64,000 nucleotides of DNA, taken from NCBI GenBank assembly GCA_002633005.1, contig NMRA01000295.1:252240-316239 (forward strand). The letters are read 5' to 3'. This stretch comes from Phoronis australis. Lineage: Eukaryota; Animalia; Phoronida. Of the stretch, positions 61,101 to 64,000 are shown in pieces. Below the pieces are notes generated by a model, which did no database searches, was not told the origin of the DNA, and worked only from the letters and a program-made list of their open reading frames with translations. How positions within the stretch are numbered: the stretch's first letter is position 1; each line of letters opens with the position of its first letter. The translations under genes and the position numbers were made by a program.

Positions 61101-64000
61101 ATATACTTAAAATATGAAAATAAGCAGGTGCTGATTATTTGATTACAGTATCCGGTAATATGACAGTAAATCATGACATTGTGCGGGAAATTTTATTCGG
61201 GTTTTGGTGGGAGATGATTAATATTTGATATTTCAGTACAATAACCAGGATATTCTGTTTATCATTTCAAAAGGGTTCCACTGTGCCAAATAGTGTGACT
61301 TATCAAATTGTACAAACTCAAAACGTGTGTGGTGTCTTAACTGGTTTTAGCTACTATTTGATGGGCGAAAGAGTGTGGTTGGCCCTTCCATCACCTCGGT
61401 GCAAAGCTGTTTGAAGTCAACATTCAGTATGTAAACAGCTTGCTAGCTGGCTTACATTCATTTCAATTTGGACTCGAAACTATTAAGCACCGTTAATGAA
61501 ATCCATGTCAATTGTTTAATTTAAATTTCGTTAAAATGCACCCAAACTTTCAAAGTCTGTCGTTTTTCTGTAACCTGAAAGGTTCGCCTGTATTGCTTAC
61601 TCTTAGGAGGCACATTTCTGGCTATTATTACAATAACATATATTCACCAATTTCGGGCAAAATTTATTGCCACAAAATTGCGCTTTTCCTTTTTAGTCTG
61701 TGAATGTCCACAGGTTTTTTGCAAATGTTTTCTATAGCTGTGCAGAGCTTCATTTGTTAAAGCATTAATTCCACGCTACGTATCTTTTATAGAAAATGAG
61801 AAAATATAATTTCAGTTGTCCGACATATTACTATTATGTTCTGTCACAAGTTGAAATCGAAACGAAAATTTGCAACTTCATTTGTTGTTTTTTTACATAC
61901 TTCCTCTTTTGCACAGCTGCGTACTCCACGCTGACTGGCCATCAGTTCAAAGCAGTGGCTGTAACGTAAACAGAAGTGACTGTCATAATCTCAGTTTGGC
62001 AACCCAAGTTAGACAGTAGTTGACTGAATTAGAAAATGAATCGTGAAAAAGGTCAATTGAGACACACTTTCTTGATTACGGCGCCAGGTGCTCTTTGATG
62101 CTTTGGTGATGTTTTTCGTTTCGGTACCGTCGCGGCGCGTGCAGCTGGTGCTCAGTCTTACCCACATCTCCTTACCAGTGTCCCATTCTCACTTCACCTT
62201 CTGGCCAAAATGCACTTATTAAATGAAGAAAATGTTCTACCTTGTTTGAAAATATTTCGTCAGCCATACAACACATATGCTTGCACATGCCGTCTTAGTT
62301 GAACCAGGGCTTGGAATTTTCCGGGGAAACGCGGATTTCTGCTTTTTTCAAATGTGCTTTCCGCTTTTTTATAATATTTCCGCGTAAAAAAATCGGATTT
62401 GATATAAAATTTCCGCGGCAAATTCCTTTCTTACCGCGGCGTTGCAGACGACGTTCACCTCGAAAAGCGGAAGTTGCTCTTTATGTTTCGGAGGAACGTA
62501 AATTGTCAACATTGCCGGGGCATCTGGGACAGCTTGGTGGGATTTTCAATAGCGTCTCGTGTTATTGTTAAGTGTGGCGACAAATACTACCGCTCTGCAG
62601 CCGGACGGGCGAGCTAAAAGGACGCAGACGCATGCTACTGATGGTGGTAACGTTTTTTTTTTCTTTTTTTTTAGTCCTCCCGATTTTTGTCGGGGAAAGG
62701 TTAACATTGACCATTTCAAGGCTGGTTATCGGGCATGATTTGGGCCGTAAAAGTTTCCGCGTTTTTTGTCACTGGTCATTCCAAGCCCTGTTGAACGTTG
62801 TGTAGAGTTATCGAACGTTAAAAGTGTGTTTTGAGTAGGTGTTGGTATTTAGTTCATGTAGATGAATTTAGTAGCTACATCTACGTTAATATAAGGTGAC
62901 CTAGAATTGAATCTGTAAAGATTTCCATCTTGACCGGGTCTCGAACATGGGACCTCCTGGTTTCTGTGCAGACATTCTAGTCCACCGTGCTGCGTGGGCC
63001 ACTGGTCAAACACAGAGATCCAATCAGTCTAGTGAAAGACTTGACATCCATGTTGTTGGACATTTGTAACATGAAGGATCGACAACGACTGGTACTGTGT
63101 ATGTACTTGTACAGTCATACACGAAAGATGGTGAACGTGCATTGCCTGAGCTTCTGTTGATCATTCATATTACGTTTGGATATATTGTGTTTTAAATCTG
63201 CATGCAAGTCTATGACGGCTAGTTGTCATCTCGTGAGTGAAACTATCTAGTACTTTAACCCTATCCAGTCCCTTAGCTACAACTGTGCCAGTATCCAGAT
63301 GTTTTCAAAGATTCTGATGTTAGTAAAGTTAAAACCGTAGTTCTGCCAAATATCAACAGGTGGCATTTCTGCGCAGGCAGGTTAACATGTTTGCAACAAA
63401 AGGAATCCTGTGGTAGCGGTATGTGAAAGTAAAATATTAAATCATTTTCGTTGTTTTTTCTTGATGTCTTATTAACCAATCACGTTAATCGTACAGATGT
63501 CAAAGCAGCAAAGTCTGCTTTTTGAAGATGATTTTTATGAATTTTTTGTCAATAGGATTAGGCGACTGAGAAATTAACATGCAGCGATATGCAAAACTAA
63601 GGTAATCAAAGCATCCAAATTTTTATAAGATTTCAAATTTAATTCGGGCTGGAAAGGGTTATGTGTGTTGCAACAAGTTGTTTTACTCCCCACTGTACGT
63701 TGATGTCTTTCTTGAGCTGTACTTGAGTATCAGTGAACTTGACTTGTAAATGAATGTTTGCATGTGTGCTTGACTCGTGTGTGTCAGTGTGCGTGTGTGT
63801 CGGTGTGCGTCTCATGATTCATCGACTACCCGTGGCATGCTCGATGTGATCCACTGCATTCTACGGCCCGTTGTTGTTTGCAGAGAGAGCCACTGCGAGA
63901 TCGAGCGGCGCCGGCGCAACAAAATGGCCACCTACCTGAGCGAGCTGTGCGAGATGGTTCCGGCCTGCAGCACTCTGGCCCGTAAGCCAGACAAGCTGAC
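58035..64000 (+). CDS. ARNT: Aryl hydrocarbon receptor nuclear translocator (ARNT/tango/HIF-1beta), 5' part; continues beyond window
   Basis: Exons 59664-59738 and 63884->64000 join to [64 protein letters not shown] (ARNT bHLH). Candidate first coding exon 58035-58120. Confidence 0.88.
59224..59410 (+). mobile_element. Helentron/DINE-1-like non-autonomous element fragment
   Basis: tttttatgcgccc...gcattatg, a (GTCC)n microsatellite, then ttcatgaaatttt; this layout is typical of HINE/DINE-1-type repeats. Confidence 0.55.
59664..59738 (+). CDS. ARNT: ARNT exon preceding the bHLH (SDDED...DKEKYAR)
   Basis: tgcag acceptor, AG|GTAATA donor; resembles the ARNT SDDEQ...DKERFAR segment. Confidence 0.85.
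62305..62790. mobile_element. Non-autonomous hAT-like element with 6-bp TSD
   Basis: TIR CAGGGCTTGGAAT / ATTCCAAGCCCTG; TTGAAC on both sides; TTCCGC subterminal motifs. Confidence 0.85.
62914..63046 (-). mobile_element. tRNA-derived repeat (SINE head or solo tRNA-containing LTR)
   Basis: Minus strand ggcccacgcagcacggtggactag...ggaggtcccatGTTCGAGACCcggtcaaga; bounded by TGTAAAG...CTTGACA. Confidence 0.5.
63884..64000 (+). CDS. ARNT: ARNT bHLH exon (truncated by window end)
   Basis: ttgtttgcag acceptor; [14 protein letters not shown]...[20 protein letters not shown]. Confidence 0.95.

Noticed and set aside
1-64000. CRISPR arrays, operons, rRNA genes, autonomous transposase or reverse-transcriptase ORFs
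   Set aside because: No regularly spaced repeat-spacer array, no rRNA-like sequence and no long ORFs; the DNA is intron-rich eukaryotic sequence.

Overview
Animal (bilaterian invertebrate, probably lophotrochozoan; inferred, not proven) nuclear DNA with spliced genes; most ORFs in the supplied track are incidental. I reconstructed three genes from splice sites and reading frames. (1) A complete 8-exon MINPP1/Mipp-like histidine acid phosphatase (phytase), minus strand, 3739-19032, 489 aa, with signal peptide, RHGSRYP motif, a non-canonical HSY instead of HAE, and a GPI-like C-terminus. (2) A complete 9-coding-exon Homer (EVH1 plus coiled coil), minus strand, 32171-55594, 357 aa, with a probable 5' UTR exon ending at 57162. 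(3) The 5' part of ARNT/tango (bHLH-PAS), plus strand, head-to-head with Homer and running off the window. Introns and spacers hold many MITEs, tRNA-derived repeats, Helitron/Helentron-like pieces and a THAP-only mini-element. Best finding: a small non-coding LTR retroelement at 55775-56163 (tRNA-Ser PBS, PPT, 152-bp LTR containing a tRNA-like Pol III promoter). It sits in the loop of a ~320-bp inverted repeat that brackets the Homer start-codon exon. Duplications flanking single Ns, including Homer exon 4, look like assembly artefacts.
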